A stretch of DNA of 64,000 nt from Thermoguttaceae bacterium (GTDB lineage: Bacteria; Planctomycetota; Planctomycetia; Pirellulales; Thermoguttaceae): positions 558,963 through 622,962 of the forward strand of contig JBMNGC010000001.1 in the NCBI GenBank assembly GCA_050949645.1, in the 5' to 3' direction. The first letter of the stretch is position 1, and each line of letters starts with the position of its first letter. The translations under genes were made by a program, and so were the position numbers. Positions 46,815-56,335 of the stretch are shown here, piece after piece. The notes beneath the pieces are model-generated. The model ran no database searches. It was not told the DNA's origin and saw only the letters and a list, made by a program, of their open reading frames with translations.

Positions 46815-48467
46815 ATGAGACCATCTATACAAAAGGGAATTGCGCTGGGGGCGCTACTTGCGCTTGTCGCAGGCGGAGGTTGCAAGGTCGGCTCCGACTA
46901 CGCGGCCCCTCAGGCGACGGTTAACTCGTCGTATATCCAGATCGACGATTCTAAGGGAATTCGTCAGCAGGTCGGCGCGGACGTCGCTAGCTGGTGGAAT
47001 CAGATTCAGGACCCCGTTCTGGCCAGACTTACCAGCGAGGCCGTTTCGAACAACCTGTCGTTGCACGAGGCTATGTACCGTATTCAGGCGGCGCGCGCCA
47101 TGCTCGGTTCCACGCAGGCTAACCAGTATCCGCAAATTGCTGCAGCCGGCGGCTACACGTACGGACGTTCTTCACGTCTAAGGTCAAGCTACGAAAACTA
47201 CAATTTTTCGACGGCTATGGCATGGGAAGTCGATCTCTTTGGACGCCTTGAGCGCGCCAACGAGGTTGCCGCAGCCAATATGGAGGAATACCGCGAACTG
47301 TATCGCCAAACATACGTATACGTTTGCGCGAATATCGCAAATCTCTACGGTAACGCTCGATCCTACCAGGAACAGATTCGCATCTCTGAAGAAAACATTG
47401 AGATTCAGCAGCAGACGCTTGATATTACGCGTACCAAGAGCGAACTCGGTTCTGCCAGTAAGCTCGATGAAAGTCAGGCTCTAGGCATTTGCCGCGGCAC
47501 TGAATCGAGCGTTCTGGTTTTGCAAACGCTTTATCAGACGACTCTCAACCAAATCAGCGTTCTTGTCGGTCGTCCCCCTGGACACGTTGACGAGATGATG
47601 CGTTCTCCAGCGCCGATTCCCAGCGCGCCTGAAGAGATCATGGTTGGAATTCCTGCGGAGTTGTTGCGTCGTCGTCCTGATATTCGAGCGGCCGAGCAAC
47701 GAGTCGTCGCGCAGAATGCGCGCGTCGGCGTCGCAATTGGCGACATTTATCCGGTTTTTGCGATCAACGGAACCTTCGGTCTGGACGCCAATTCCTTCTC
47801 AAATATGTTCGACAGCGATGCGATCGACGCCGGCGTCGGACCGTCGTTCCGCTGGAATATTCTCAACTTTGGAAAATACCGGCTTAACATTGAGGCGCAA
47901 GAGTTCGCGCTCCAAGGCCAGATTACTGCATATCGCGAAGCGGTGCTGGAGGCGGTGCAGGAAGTCGACGACGCGCTTGTGTCCTACGTCAACGAACGTG
48001 ATCGACTGGGGACGCTCTCCGATGCTGTCGACGCCTACACAGACGCGTACAATCTGTCAAACGAGCGTTATAAGAGCGGTCAGATCGACTTCCAGCGTTT
48101 GCTTGACTCGCAAGCGGGTAAGCTGTCCTACGAACTGCAGTACATTCAGTGCCGAGCGAGTATGTTCACCGCGGTGGTTAATCTGTACCGTGCGCTAGGC
48201 GGCGACTGGATGGGAACCGGCAACATGCAGACGGGGGAATACCTTCCAACTGAGCAAGTTTCGAGTGATTCACCGGTCGCTTTGAGCGACGCCTCGAACG
48301 TTCGTACAAGCGGCGAGCGTTATACAACCCGCGAACAGGAAGAGATGGCCTACGATCCCAATGCTGAGTGGAACGAACGCCAGGAGCGTAGCCGCGAGCG
48401 AGTCTCGATGGATCTTCGTGACGTTGAACTCGATAGCTCATTCATTTCTACTGACGTCGAATTTTGA
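46815..48467 (+). CDS. Outer-membrane efflux lipoprotein (TolC/NodT family)
   Basis: Lipobox LVAGGC. It has the two-repeat OEP architecture, including SNNLSLHEAMYRIQAARA and a second repeat. The acidic C-terminal tail is ~70 aa. Confidence 0.85.
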   Translation: MRPSIQKGIALGALLALVAGGGCKVGSDYAAPQATVNSSYIQIDDSKGIRQQVGADVASWWNQIQDPVLARLTSEAVSNNLSLHEAMYRIQAARAMLGSTQANQYPQIAAAGGYTYGRSSRLRSSYENYNFSTAMAWEVDLFGRLERANEVAAANMEEYRELYRQTYVYVCANIANLYGNARSYQEQIRISEENIEIQQQTLDITRTKSELGSASKLDESQALGICRGTESSVLVLQTLYQTTLNQISVLVGRPPGHVDEMMRSPAPIPSAPEEIMVGIPAELLRRRPDIRAAEQRVVAQNARVGVAIGDIYPVFAINGTFGLDANSFSNMFDSDAIDAGVGPSFRWNILNFGKYRLNIEAQEFALQGQITAYREAVLEAVQEVDDALVSYVNERDRLGTLSDAVDAYTDAYNLSNERYKSGQIDFQRLLDSQAGKLSYELQYIQCRASMFTAVVNLYRALGGDWMGTGNMQTGEYLPTEQVSSDSPVALSDASNVRTSGERYTTREQEEMAYDPNAEWNERQERSRERVSMDLRDVELDSSFISTDVEF

Positions 48468-48578
48468 CCCAATCCCTAGACTACCGGAAAGGAGCCAATC
48501 GCAGTCTTCGAGTCAATTCTCAGCGACACGAAAACTGAAGGCGAAGGGTCATAATTCGAAGGATGTGTAAATACAGGA

Positions 48579-48609
48579 CCCCGACGATTAGGTTCGTCGG
48601 GGTTTTTTT
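48579..48609 (+). terminator. Intrinsic terminator of the TolC-like gene
   Basis: 9-bp stem CCCCGACGA / TCGTCGGGG with a 6-nt loop, followed by T7. Confidence 0.75.
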
Positions 48610-48614
48610 GTTGT

Positions 48615-48642
48615 TTGTCTCAGCCGTTTTTCTTTATAGAAT
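48615..48642 (+). promoter_or_regulatory. Candidate sigma70-type promoter for the tricorn-like protease gene
   Basis: TTGTCT, a 16-nt spacer, then TAGAAT, followed by an AT-rich ~120-nt leader. Confidence 0.4.
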
Positions 48643-48768
48643 CAGTTTAATTGTTAAAAACAGGCTTTTTGTTTATTTTTTTCTTTTTATTTATTCTTTT
48701 TATTTTACAATTGTGGTGGGAAGTCCCATTTTCTGTCGTTGTGGCAGACAAACAATAAGGAGTTACGA

Positions 48769-51700
48769 ATGAAGAAACGCTGTTTTTATCCGATCTTATT
48801 GGCGTTCGTCGCGATGGTCGGGGCATTGAACGCTTCGCTTTATGCGGAAGAGAATGTCGCGCCTGACGCACAGCCGACGAAGCTTCTGCGATATCCAGAT
48901 ATCTATCAGGATCAGGTGGTATTCTGTTATGCAGGGGATCTCTGGAAAAGCGATCTTGATGGGAATCACGTTGTTCGTCTGACCGCGCATCAGGGTTTGG
49001 AAGAATTTCCGAAATTTTCTCCTGATGGAAAATGGATCGCGTTTACGGGTCAGTATGACGGGAACGACCAGGTTTATGTCATTCCGTCGAGCGGCGGGGA
49101 ACCGAAGCGTCTTACGTATTATCCCAACGAGGCGTCGGCGCCGCGTCGCGGGATTGATCCCCAAACGCTTGGATGGACTGCCGACAGCAAGCATGTCGCG
49201 TTCCGTTCCGCTCGCGATAGCGACGGGGTCGATTCGCTGACCAATATTTATCTCGTTTCGATCGAGGGCGGACTGCCAGTCAAGCTTGGAGTTCCTGTTG
49301 CGGGCGCCGGCGATATTTCTGCAGATGGTAAAAAACTGGCGTATTCGCCTCTGTTCCGTGATTTTCGTCATTGGAAGCGTTACGAGGGCGGCTGGGCGCA
49401 GTATCTCTTGATCTACGACCTTGAGTCAAAGGAATTTTCCGAAATGCCGACGACGCCGCGAACTGATCGCGATCCGATGTGGGTTGGCGACCACGTATAT
49501 TTCGTGTCCGATCGCGATGGAACATTGAATCTTTACCGCTATCTCCCCGAAGAGAATCAGGAGGTCGAAAAAGTTACTGATTATCAACAGTGGGACCTCC
49601 GCTGGGCGTCTTCTGACGGACTTGATCAAGTCGTCTATGAAAACGGCGGTTCGCTCTTTGTGTACCGTGCGTCGACGAACGAGACCCGTGAACTTTCGAT
49701 TCACGTTCCACACGACGGGCTTGCAGCGCGTCCGACTCGAGTCAAAGCTTCGAAACGGCTTGAATCATACGATCTAAGTCCTGAGGGCAAACGCGCGTTA
49801 TTTACCGCTCGCGGCGATATCTTTACGGTGCCCGTGGAAAACGGTCTGACTCGAAACCTTACGAATTCTTCCGGCGCGCACGATCGCTCTCCCGTCTGGT
49901 CGGCCGACGGGCGCTGGATCGCCTTCATTTCCGACGCGACTGGCGAAGATCAAGTCTACGTGATCGATCAGAAGGGTGAAGAAGACAAAATTCAGTTGAC
50001 GCATTCGCTGCGTTCCAAGATCGATTCTCTTCAGTGGTCGCCCGACTGCAAAGCGCTTTCGTTCCGCGACGCTACGAATCATCTTTATGTCCTGACGCTT
50101 AAATATGACGATCCGACCGTCGCGCCGTCCGCGGACGAGCTGATCGAAGTTGCCAGAGATTGGTTTGGAGGGTTCCCATACGCTGCGTGGTCTCCGGACG
50201 GTTCCTACTTGGCTTATGAGTTGGGTGAAAGTACGGAATACAATGCGATCTATATCTGGGAGAAAGCGACCAAGTCTTCTCGTCGCGTGACCGACCCCAT
50301 GTTCGATAACAGGTCCCCAGCATGGTCGAGCGACGGGAATTGGTTGTTCTTCATTGGGCAGCGCGAATTCTATCCTCAGTTCAGCTCGATTGAATGGAAT
50401 TTTGCGGGCAACCGTTTCGATGGCGTCTTTGCCATGGCTTTGCGTAAGGACGTTGAGAACACGTTCATTGAGCAGAGCGACGAAGCTCCGGAGTCGGAAA
50501 CCGAAAAAGAAGAGGGCGAAGAAAACCAGGACGGCGAATCGAAGGAAGAGACAGCTTCAGAAGAGCTGAAGATAGATTTCGACGGTATTGAAAGTCGCGT
50601 GGTTCGTTTGCCGATCACCTCTGAGAACTACGCCTCCCTTTCCTGCGCTGGCGATTTTCTCTATTTTGTCCAGACGCCGGCAAGGTTCTACGGACGCGAG
50701 AGCTCTGGCGTTTCTAAGCTATGTAGCTTTGATCTCAAGAATCTCAAGGAAGAGACTTTTCTTGAGGACGTTAGCGGATACGCTCTTTCTGCGGATGGGA
50801 AGAAGCTTATGACGCGCAAGGATGGGTACCGAATGTACGACGTTGGCGCGAAAGGAGAAGACTCCAAGGTCTTTACCGTCGACGATATGTACTGCGACCT
50901 CGATCCTCGCGAAGAATGGAACGAGATTTTTGAAGAGGTGTGGCGTCGTTTCCGCGATTACTTCTACGTTGAAAATATGCACGGTCTCGACTGGGAAGAG
51001 GTCGGGGAACAGTATCGATCGCTTCTGCCGCACGTAGCCCATCGCTCAGATCTGACATACGTTCTTACGGAAATGATCAGCGAACTCAACATTGGGCACA
51101 CATACGTCGAGGGGGGCGATTACATCCAGCCTGAGCGCCCAGTCGTCGGTCTGCCTGGCGCGACTTTCGCTCTCGATTCTGAGAAGGACCTTTATAAAAT
51201 CGCCAAGATTTATCCGGGTCAGAACGAGGAGCCCAAATATCGATCGCCCCTTACCGAGGTTGGAGTGAACGCGTCCGAAGGCGACTACGTTCTGGCGATC
51301 GACGGCGTGAAGCTGGTTGGTTCGGACAATCCTTACCGACTTCTCCAGAATAAAAAGGAACGCGTCGAGCTTACGTTGAGTAAAGACGGGACGGATGATC
51401 ATTCCTGGAAGACTTCGTATAAGCCGGTCGAAAACGAAGAATCTCTGCGTTATCTGAACTTCGTCCTTGACCGAAAAGAGCGAGTCTCGAAGCTTAGCGA
51501 CGGTCGTCTTGGATACATTCACATTCCAGACATGGGCGGCAACGGCGCTTATGAGTTCATCAAATGGTACTATCCTCAACTTCATAAGGAGGGGATAGTC
51601 ATTGACGAACGCAACAATGGCGGCGGCAATATTTCGCCTTGGCTTATCATGCGTCTGAATCAGAAGGTTCTTGGAACGCGTTACGGCAAGGTTCGAGAGA

Positions 51701-52134
51701 CGCCGACCAACTATCCGACGATTGCGACAAACGCGAAATTCGTTTGCCTTCTTAATGAAACAAGCGCGAGCGACGGCGATATCTTCCCGTATTATTTCCG
51801 CGAATCGAACCTGGGTAAACTCGTTGGTAAAAGAAGCTGGGGCGGCGTCGTTGGAATTTCCGGACGCGGTCCTCTTACGGATGGTGGAATTGTTTACGTT
51901 CCGCTCACCGCGACGAACAGCAAGACCGGCGAATACGTGATCGAAGGTTATGGAGTCGATCCGGACGTCGAGGTCTGGCAGGATCCCAAATTGGTCATGG
52001 AAGGTCACGATCCTCAGTTGGAACGAGGCGTTGAAGAACTCCTCAAAGACCTTGAAGAAGATCGCGCCATAAAGCCGCAGCGACCTGATGATCCCGATAA
52101 ATCTAAGAACGCTGTTCAGGATTATTCTGAGTGA
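48769..52134 (+). CDS. Tricorn protease homolog (S41-family, beta-propeller + PDZ + peptidase)
   Basis: AAGGAG lies 6 nt upstream of ATG 48769, followed by a signal peptide. The N-terminal region matches the tricorn family: RYPDIYQDQVVFCYAGDLWKSDLDGNHVVRLTAHQGLEEFPKFSPDGKWIAFTGQYDG. The C-terminal S41 core is NGGGNISPW...ETSASDGDIFPY. Confidence 0.85.
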   Translation: MKKRCFYPILLAFVAMVGALNASLYAEENVAPDAQPTKLLRYPDIYQDQVVFCYAGDLWKSDLDGNHVVRLTAHQGLEEFPKFSPDGKWIAFTGQYDGNDQVYVIPSSGGEPKRLTYYPNEASAPRRGIDPQTLGWTADSKHVAFRSARDSDGVDSLTNIYLVSIEGGLPVKLGVPVAGAGDISADGKKLAYSPLFRDFRHWKRYEGGWAQYLLIYDLESKEFSEMPTTPRTDRDPMWVGDHVYFVSDRDGTLNLYRYLPEENQEVEKVTDYQQWDLRWASSDGLDQVVYENGGSLFVYRASTNETRELSIHVPHDGLAARPTRVKASKRLESYDLSPEGKRALFTARGDIFTVPVENGLTRNLTNSSGAHDRSPVWSADGRWIAFISDATGEDQVYVIDQKGEEDKIQLTHSLRSKIDSLQWSPDCKALSFRDATNHLYVLTLKYDDPTVAPSADELIEVARDWFGGFPYAAWSPDGSYLAYELGESTEYNAIYIWEKATKSSRRVTDPMFDNRSPAWSSDGNWLFFIGQREFYPQFSSIEWNFAGNRFDGVFAMALRKDVENTFIEQSDEAPESETEKEEGEENQDGESKEETASEELKIDFDGIESRVVRLPITSENYASLSCAGDFLYFVQTPARFYGRESSGVSKLCSFDLKNLKEETFLEDVSGYALSADGKKLMTRKDGYRMYDVGAKGEDSKVFTVDDMYCDLDPREEWNEIFEEVWRRFRDYFYVENMHGLDWEEVGEQYRSLLPHVAHRSDLTYVLTEMISELNIGHTYVEGGDYIQPERPVVGLPGATFALDSEKDLYKIAKIYPGQNEEPKYRSPLTEVGVNASEGDYVLAIDGVKLVGSDNPYRLLQNKKERVELTLSKDGTDDHSWKTSYKPVENEESLRYLNFVLDRKERVSKLSDGRLGYIHIPDMGGNGAYEFIKWYYPQLHKEGIVIDERNNGGGNISPWLIMRLNQKVLGTRYGKVRETPTNYPTIATNAKFVCLLNETSASDGDIFPYYFRESNLGKLVGKRSWGGVVGISGRGPLTDGGIVYVPLTATNSKTGEYVIEGYGVDPDVEVWQDPKLVMEGHDPQLERGVEELLKDLEEDRAIKPQRPDDPDKSKNAVQDYSE

Positions 52135-52186
52135 TTTAACTTCACTTATTAAGGTCGCGAATCTCCGCTTTTTATGATTCGTAAAC

Positions 52187-52227
52187 AAAACGGTCTGACG
52201 CTGATACAGAGGCGTCAGACCGTTTTT
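52187..52227. terminator. Bidirectional intrinsic terminator between the tricorn-like gene and ftsK
   Basis: 11-bp stem CGGTCTGACGC / GCGTCAGACCG flanked by A4 upstream and T5 downstream. Confidence 0.75.
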
Positions 52228-52255
52228 CGTTTTAAGTGGGAGAAGGAGTCGTAAT

Positions 52256-54922
52256 TTACCGACTCAATTCCGAGCCGTAGTTGAGATACTGTTCCCACTG
52301 TTCGTCAGTCCAGCCGTTATTTTGACCGTCTGACGACGCGTTAGGTTCCTTGTGATCGGATTCTTCCTCGTCTCTCTGCGATGCGCTTTCGTGGAATTTA
52401 CCCTTGTCGTCCTTTGAACGCGCGACCGTGGGATATGGGATCGTTGCCGGCTCGCTTTCTGCATTCGAATACGAGTCGCTTGAGCTACCAGCAAGATTTT
52501 GCTGTTTTCCGCGCCATTCCTCCATCGTGATGAGAACGTCCCGTGGACGCGAAGGTTTGCTCGGATTATATTCGGAGACGAGGCCGTCCCTGGTCATTGT
52601 GTCGATGATACGAGCGGCGCGAGTATAGCCGATGCTAAACTTACGCTGGAGCATGGAGGTGCTTGCGCGACCAGCTTCGATGACAGTGTCAACAGCCGGG
52701 ACGAAGAACTCGTCGTACTCTATATCCGTCGCATCATCCATGTTTTCGCCGTCACTTGAGCGGTCGGCGATAACTATTTCGTAATGCGGTTTGTCAACGG
52801 AAATAGCCTCGATAACCGAGTCGATTTCGCGATTAGAAACGAAGGCGCCTTGACCTCGTACCAGCTGACTTGTTCCCGGCAGGAGGAAGAGCATATCGCC
52901 GTCGCCGAGGAGGCGTTCCGCGCCTTTCATGTCTAAGACAACCTGGCTGTCGACGCGGCTTGCGACTGCGAAGGAGATTCTCGCAGGCAGGTTCGATTTG
53001 ATCAAGCCAGTAACGACGTCAACGGTTGGCTTTTGCGTCGCAAGCACGAGGTGAATTCCAACGGCGCGGCTTTTTTGGGCGAGGCGCGCTATGTGACGCT
53101 CGACGTCTTTGCCGGAAGTCATGACAAGATCTGCCATTTCGTCGGCAATGATCACGATATTGGGCATCGATTTCGGAAACGCTTCCCATTCATCTGCGTC
53201 AACGGGTCGGAGTCTCTTGCGCAAGGCTTCAGCGTCCAATTCATTGAATTCGGAGAGCTGGCGCACGCCGACGCGAGCAAAGAGTCGGTACCGTTCTTCC
53301 ATCCTTTCGACCGCCCACTCGAGGATCGCTTCCGCCTTCTGCATATCGGTCACGACGGGATGCATGAGGTGTGGAATCGAGTGATAAGGACTCAGTTCGA
53401 CCATCTTTGGATCGATCATGATAAATCGAACTTCCTTCGGACTTTTGGTCATGATGATCGACATGATGATCGAGTTCAAGCACACAGACTTACCTGTGCC
53501 CGTTCGTCCCGCGATGAGCAAGTGAGGAAGCTTTGACAGGTCCGCGACCATGGGCGCGCCCACCACGTCTTTTCCAAGAAAGACGGGAATTGTCGCCGAT
53601 TGCGCTTCCTCTACGCAGGATTCCATGACTTCGCGCAATCGCACCAAGTGGCGATTCTTATTCGGAATTTCTATTCCGACGGTGTTCTTACCCGGTATCG
53701 GCGAGACAATGCTGACGCGAGGCGCCTTCATCGCGATTTCAAGGTCGTTCGCGAGGTTGTGCAGAGCCTTGACGCGAAGTCCCTTCTGTAACTCAACTTC
53801 ATAGAGTGTGAGAACGGGGCCCGTCTGAATGTCGACGACCTTAAGTTCAACGCCGTAATTTCGGCAAACGCGTTCTAGCTCGTCGCCACGTTCGCGAATT
53901 TGTTCGGAAATTTCGTCGACGTCGTATTGTTCAGGAACGTCCAGAAGGTCAATCGGCGGACAGAGGTATTCTTTTTCTTCTTCGGTATAGGGAGCGCTAA
54001 TTTCGTTGGAAGATTCGGATCGTGTTGGCGGAGCAGAATAGGGCGACTGCAACGGCTCGACTTTCGTGGCGTCGCTTAGAATGGCGCCGGAAGTATTGGC
54101 GTCCATGTAGAGTTCGTTAACTTCTACAGAGTCCAACGTTTGCGACGCCTGAACCGTAAAACCAGCGGGTTTGACCGCGGACGCGGGACGTCTGGTTACC
54201 GGCGCATTCTCTGACGCTGCAAAAGGCGAGCTGCCATATACGCGAACGGAATCTTGTCGTTGCTTGAGAGCGGAAGCGTTATCACGCGCAATGACGCGAG
54301 CATTCGTCACCGGTCTTTGGGGGTTGGCTCTTTGGATCCTTTCCAGAAAGGGGCGGAATACCCTACCGACGACGCTTCCCAGTCTCGTAGACCAAAAAAT
54401 GAACCTGAGAATCTTTTCAGGCAGGATAAGGATCATCCCCGAGAAGAACATCGCGCCGAGAGCCGCGTAGGCTCCAAATCGGATAAAGAACTTGTCAAAG
54501 ATAAACTTGACAAAGGCACCCACCATGCCTCCAGGCCCAACTGGAGGACCGATTGAACTATTGAAAATATACGCAGCCAAACCTGAGGCCGCGACGAGAG
54601 TGAGGAAGAATCCTAACGCCTTATTGTACGGCTCGTTAATTCGGCTAGAGAAGAAGTATGCCGCGACCGCGAGACCGGAACCTATGACCAGAAAGTAGCC
54701 CGCAACGCCGAAGCAGAACGAAACGATATAGGCGCACCACGCCCCTGGGAGACCAGCCAGGTTGCGAATCTCCTGGAGATCGTGGTAAACAAATTTCGTC
54801 GGAAGGTCCATGGGCGTATAGCTCAAGAAGGACGCAGTCAAAAACAACCACGAGACGAAAATCGCCGTCGTTATGATGATTTTGCTGGTTTTCTCCCGTC
54901 GTTTGTCATGCGGTTCAGACAA
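52256..54922 (-). CDS. ftsK: DNA translocase FtsK
   Basis: N-terminal TM helices, a Pro/Ser-rich linker, and a motor domain with Walker A GRTGTGKSV and Walker B IVIIADE. The gamma winged-helix is STSMLQRKFSIGYTRAARIIDTMTRDGLV. About 95 extra residues follow the gamma domain. Confidence 0.9.
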   Translation of the reverse strand: MSEPHDKRREKTSKIIITTAIFVSWLFLTASFLSYTPMDLPTKFVYHDLQEIRNLAGLPGAWCAYIVSFCFGVAGYFLVIGSGLAVAAYFFSSRINEPYNKALGFFLTLVAASGLAAYIFNSSIGPPVGPGGMVGAFVKFIFDKFFIRFGAYAALGAMFFSGMILILPEKILRFIFWSTRLGSVVGRVFRPFLERIQRANPQRPVTNARVIARDNASALKQRQDSVRVYGSSPFAASENAPVTRRPASAVKPAGFTVQASQTLDSVEVNELYMDANTSGAILSDATKVEPLQSPYSAPPTRSESSNEISAPYTEEEKEYLCPPIDLLDVPEQYDVDEISEQIRERGDELERVCRNYGVELKVVDIQTGPVLTLYEVELQKGLRVKALHNLANDLEIAMKAPRVSIVSPIPGKNTVGIEIPNKNRHLVRLREVMESCVEEAQSATIPVFLGKDVVGAPMVADLSKLPHLLIAGRTGTGKSVCLNSIIMSIIMTKSPKEVRFIMIDPKMVELSPYHSIPHLMHPVVTDMQKAEAILEWAVERMEERYRLFARVGVRQLSEFNELDAEALRKRLRPVDADEWEAFPKSMPNIVIIADEMADLVMTSGKDVERHIARLAQKSRAVGIHLVLATQKPTVDVVTGLIKSNLPARISFAVASRVDSQVVLDMKGAERLLGDGDMLFLLPGTSQLVRGQGAFVSNREIDSVIEAISVDKPHYEIVIADRSSDGENMDDATDIEYDEFFVPAVDTVIEAGRASTSMLQRKFSIGYTRAARIIDTMTRDGLVSEYNPSKPSRPRDVLITMEEWRGKQQNLAGSSSDSYSNAESEPATIPYPTVARSKDDKGKFHESASQRDEEESDHKEPNASSDGQNNGWTDEQWEQYLNYGSELSR

Positions 54923-55116
54923 ATTGAACTCCCATGAGTAAACTTTCGTTCCGTTTAATATAGGCGTTTAATTCAAAAGAATGCGCGAAGGACGCCCAAC
55001 GCGACTGGGGTGAAGCTTGCGACGCGCGATTCTATTACAAGAGCGCAACGACGCGAAAAGGGCAGCGCGGTAATTTTGGGGAGCGCCGCCGCATTACAGC
55101 GATTATAAAGAACGAC

Positions 55117-56028
55117 TCAGCGCGCGGCGGCGACTTGCCGTCGAGCGGCGTTCAACGTGTTAAGCAAGAGCATCGTGACCGTCAAAGGACCGACGCCGCC
55201 GGGGACGGGAGTGATCCAGGACGCGACGTCCTTAACAGACTCAAAATCCACGTCGCCAACGAGCTTAGAAACGGTTTTTTTCTCGCCGCTTTCGTCGACG
55301 CTTTCAAGTTGAATACGGTTCATTCCGACGTCGATAACAACGGCGCCAGGTTTGATCATGTCGGCGGTCACAAAATTTGCCCTTCCGATCGCGGCGACCA
55401 CGATATCGGCTTCCCTAACGACGTCGGGAAGATTCCGGGTTTGGCTGTGGCAAAGGGTCACGGTCGCGTTGCCGCCGGGGCCCTTTTGAAGAAAGAGCAT
55501 CCCCATCGGTTTGCCAACGATATCGCTGCGTCCAATAACGACGACGCGCTTTCCTTTAGTTTCAATATTGTAACGAATAAGGAGCTGTTGGATTCCGTAC
55601 GGCGTGCAGGGGAGGAATCTCGGGCGTCCTTGTGAGATGAGCCCAACGTTTTCGGGGTGAAACGCGTCGACGTCTTTCTCGGGGTCGATAAGGTCAAGGA
55701 TGCGCTTCTCGTCAATACCCTCGGGAAGGGGAAGTTGCACGAGGACGCCATGTACCGATGGGTCTTTGTTGAGCTTTTCAACGGTAGCGCACAATTCATC
55801 GCTGCTGGTATCGGCAGGCATGCGATACATGAGGCTTCTTATTCCAGCTTTGATGCATGCGCTTTCCTTGTTGCGCACGTAGACCTGACTTGCAGGATCA
55901 TCGCCGAGGAGAATCACGGCCAGCGTGGGCTGAACGTCATGTTCAACAATGAAGCGCGCGACTGCCTCCTTGATTTCCGAGCGAATCGCCTCCGCCGTAC
56001 CTTTTCCATCAAGTATCTGGGCCGACAT
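55117..56028 (-). CDS. folD: Bifunctional methylenetetrahydrofolate dehydrogenase / methenyltetrahydrofolate cyclohydrolase
   Basis: Full-length match to the FolD pattern: MSAQILDGKG...VILLGDDPASQVYVRNKESAC...VVIGRSDIVGKPM...PVPGGVGPLTVTMLL. Confidence 0.95.
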   Translation of the reverse strand: MSAQILDGKGTAEAIRSEIKEAVARFIVEHDVQPTLAVILLGDDPASQVYVRNKESACIKAGIRSLMYRMPADTSSDELCATVEKLNKDPSVHGVLVQLPLPEGIDEKRILDLIDPEKDVDAFHPENVGLISQGRPRFLPCTPYGIQQLLIRYNIETKGKRVVVIGRSDIVGKPMGMLFLQKGPGGNATVTLCHSQTRNLPDVVREADIVVAAIGRANFVTADMIKPGAVVIDVGMNRIQLESVDESGEKKTVSKLVGDVDFESVKDVASWITPVPGGVGPLTVTMLLLNTLNAARRQVAAAR

Positions 56029-56335
56029 GTAGCCTTCCTTTCTTTATGAATTTATTAGCGTCAATCCTGAGCGAACTATCCGCGTTATTGAGCCAGCGGG
56101 TTTACGCAGGCCATCCCATTTACTCAAATTTTACTTTAGAATCAAGATAATACCAATCGAGATTTCGTTCCTTTTAAGGCGCTTTTCGTATTTCAGATCA
56201 CAGGTTTCCGATTATACAGCCTTAACTACATGATAAGAAAGTTAAGAATATTTTCGCTAGATCTCTCATTTTATTTAATCGATGCAACTTGCTTCTATGG
56301 ACGTTGCAAGGATTACAATTATTTGGGAAAAAACA

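Noticed and set aside
51046-52188. 380-aa minus-strand ORF antisense to the tricorn-like protease gene.
   Set aside because: It is a shadow of a well-supported plus-strand gene. It also runs through the bidirectional terminator region, has no motifs and is R/F/I-rich.
56029-56335. AT-rich spacer next to the DnaA-like gene considered as a replication origin.
   Set aside because: I found no cluster of TTATCCACA-like boxes. The only close match, TTATCCACG, lies inside the coding region at 56817-56825, and the intergenic candidates match 6 of 9 positions at best. dnaN is not adjacent. An origin call is not supportable without genome-wide skew data.
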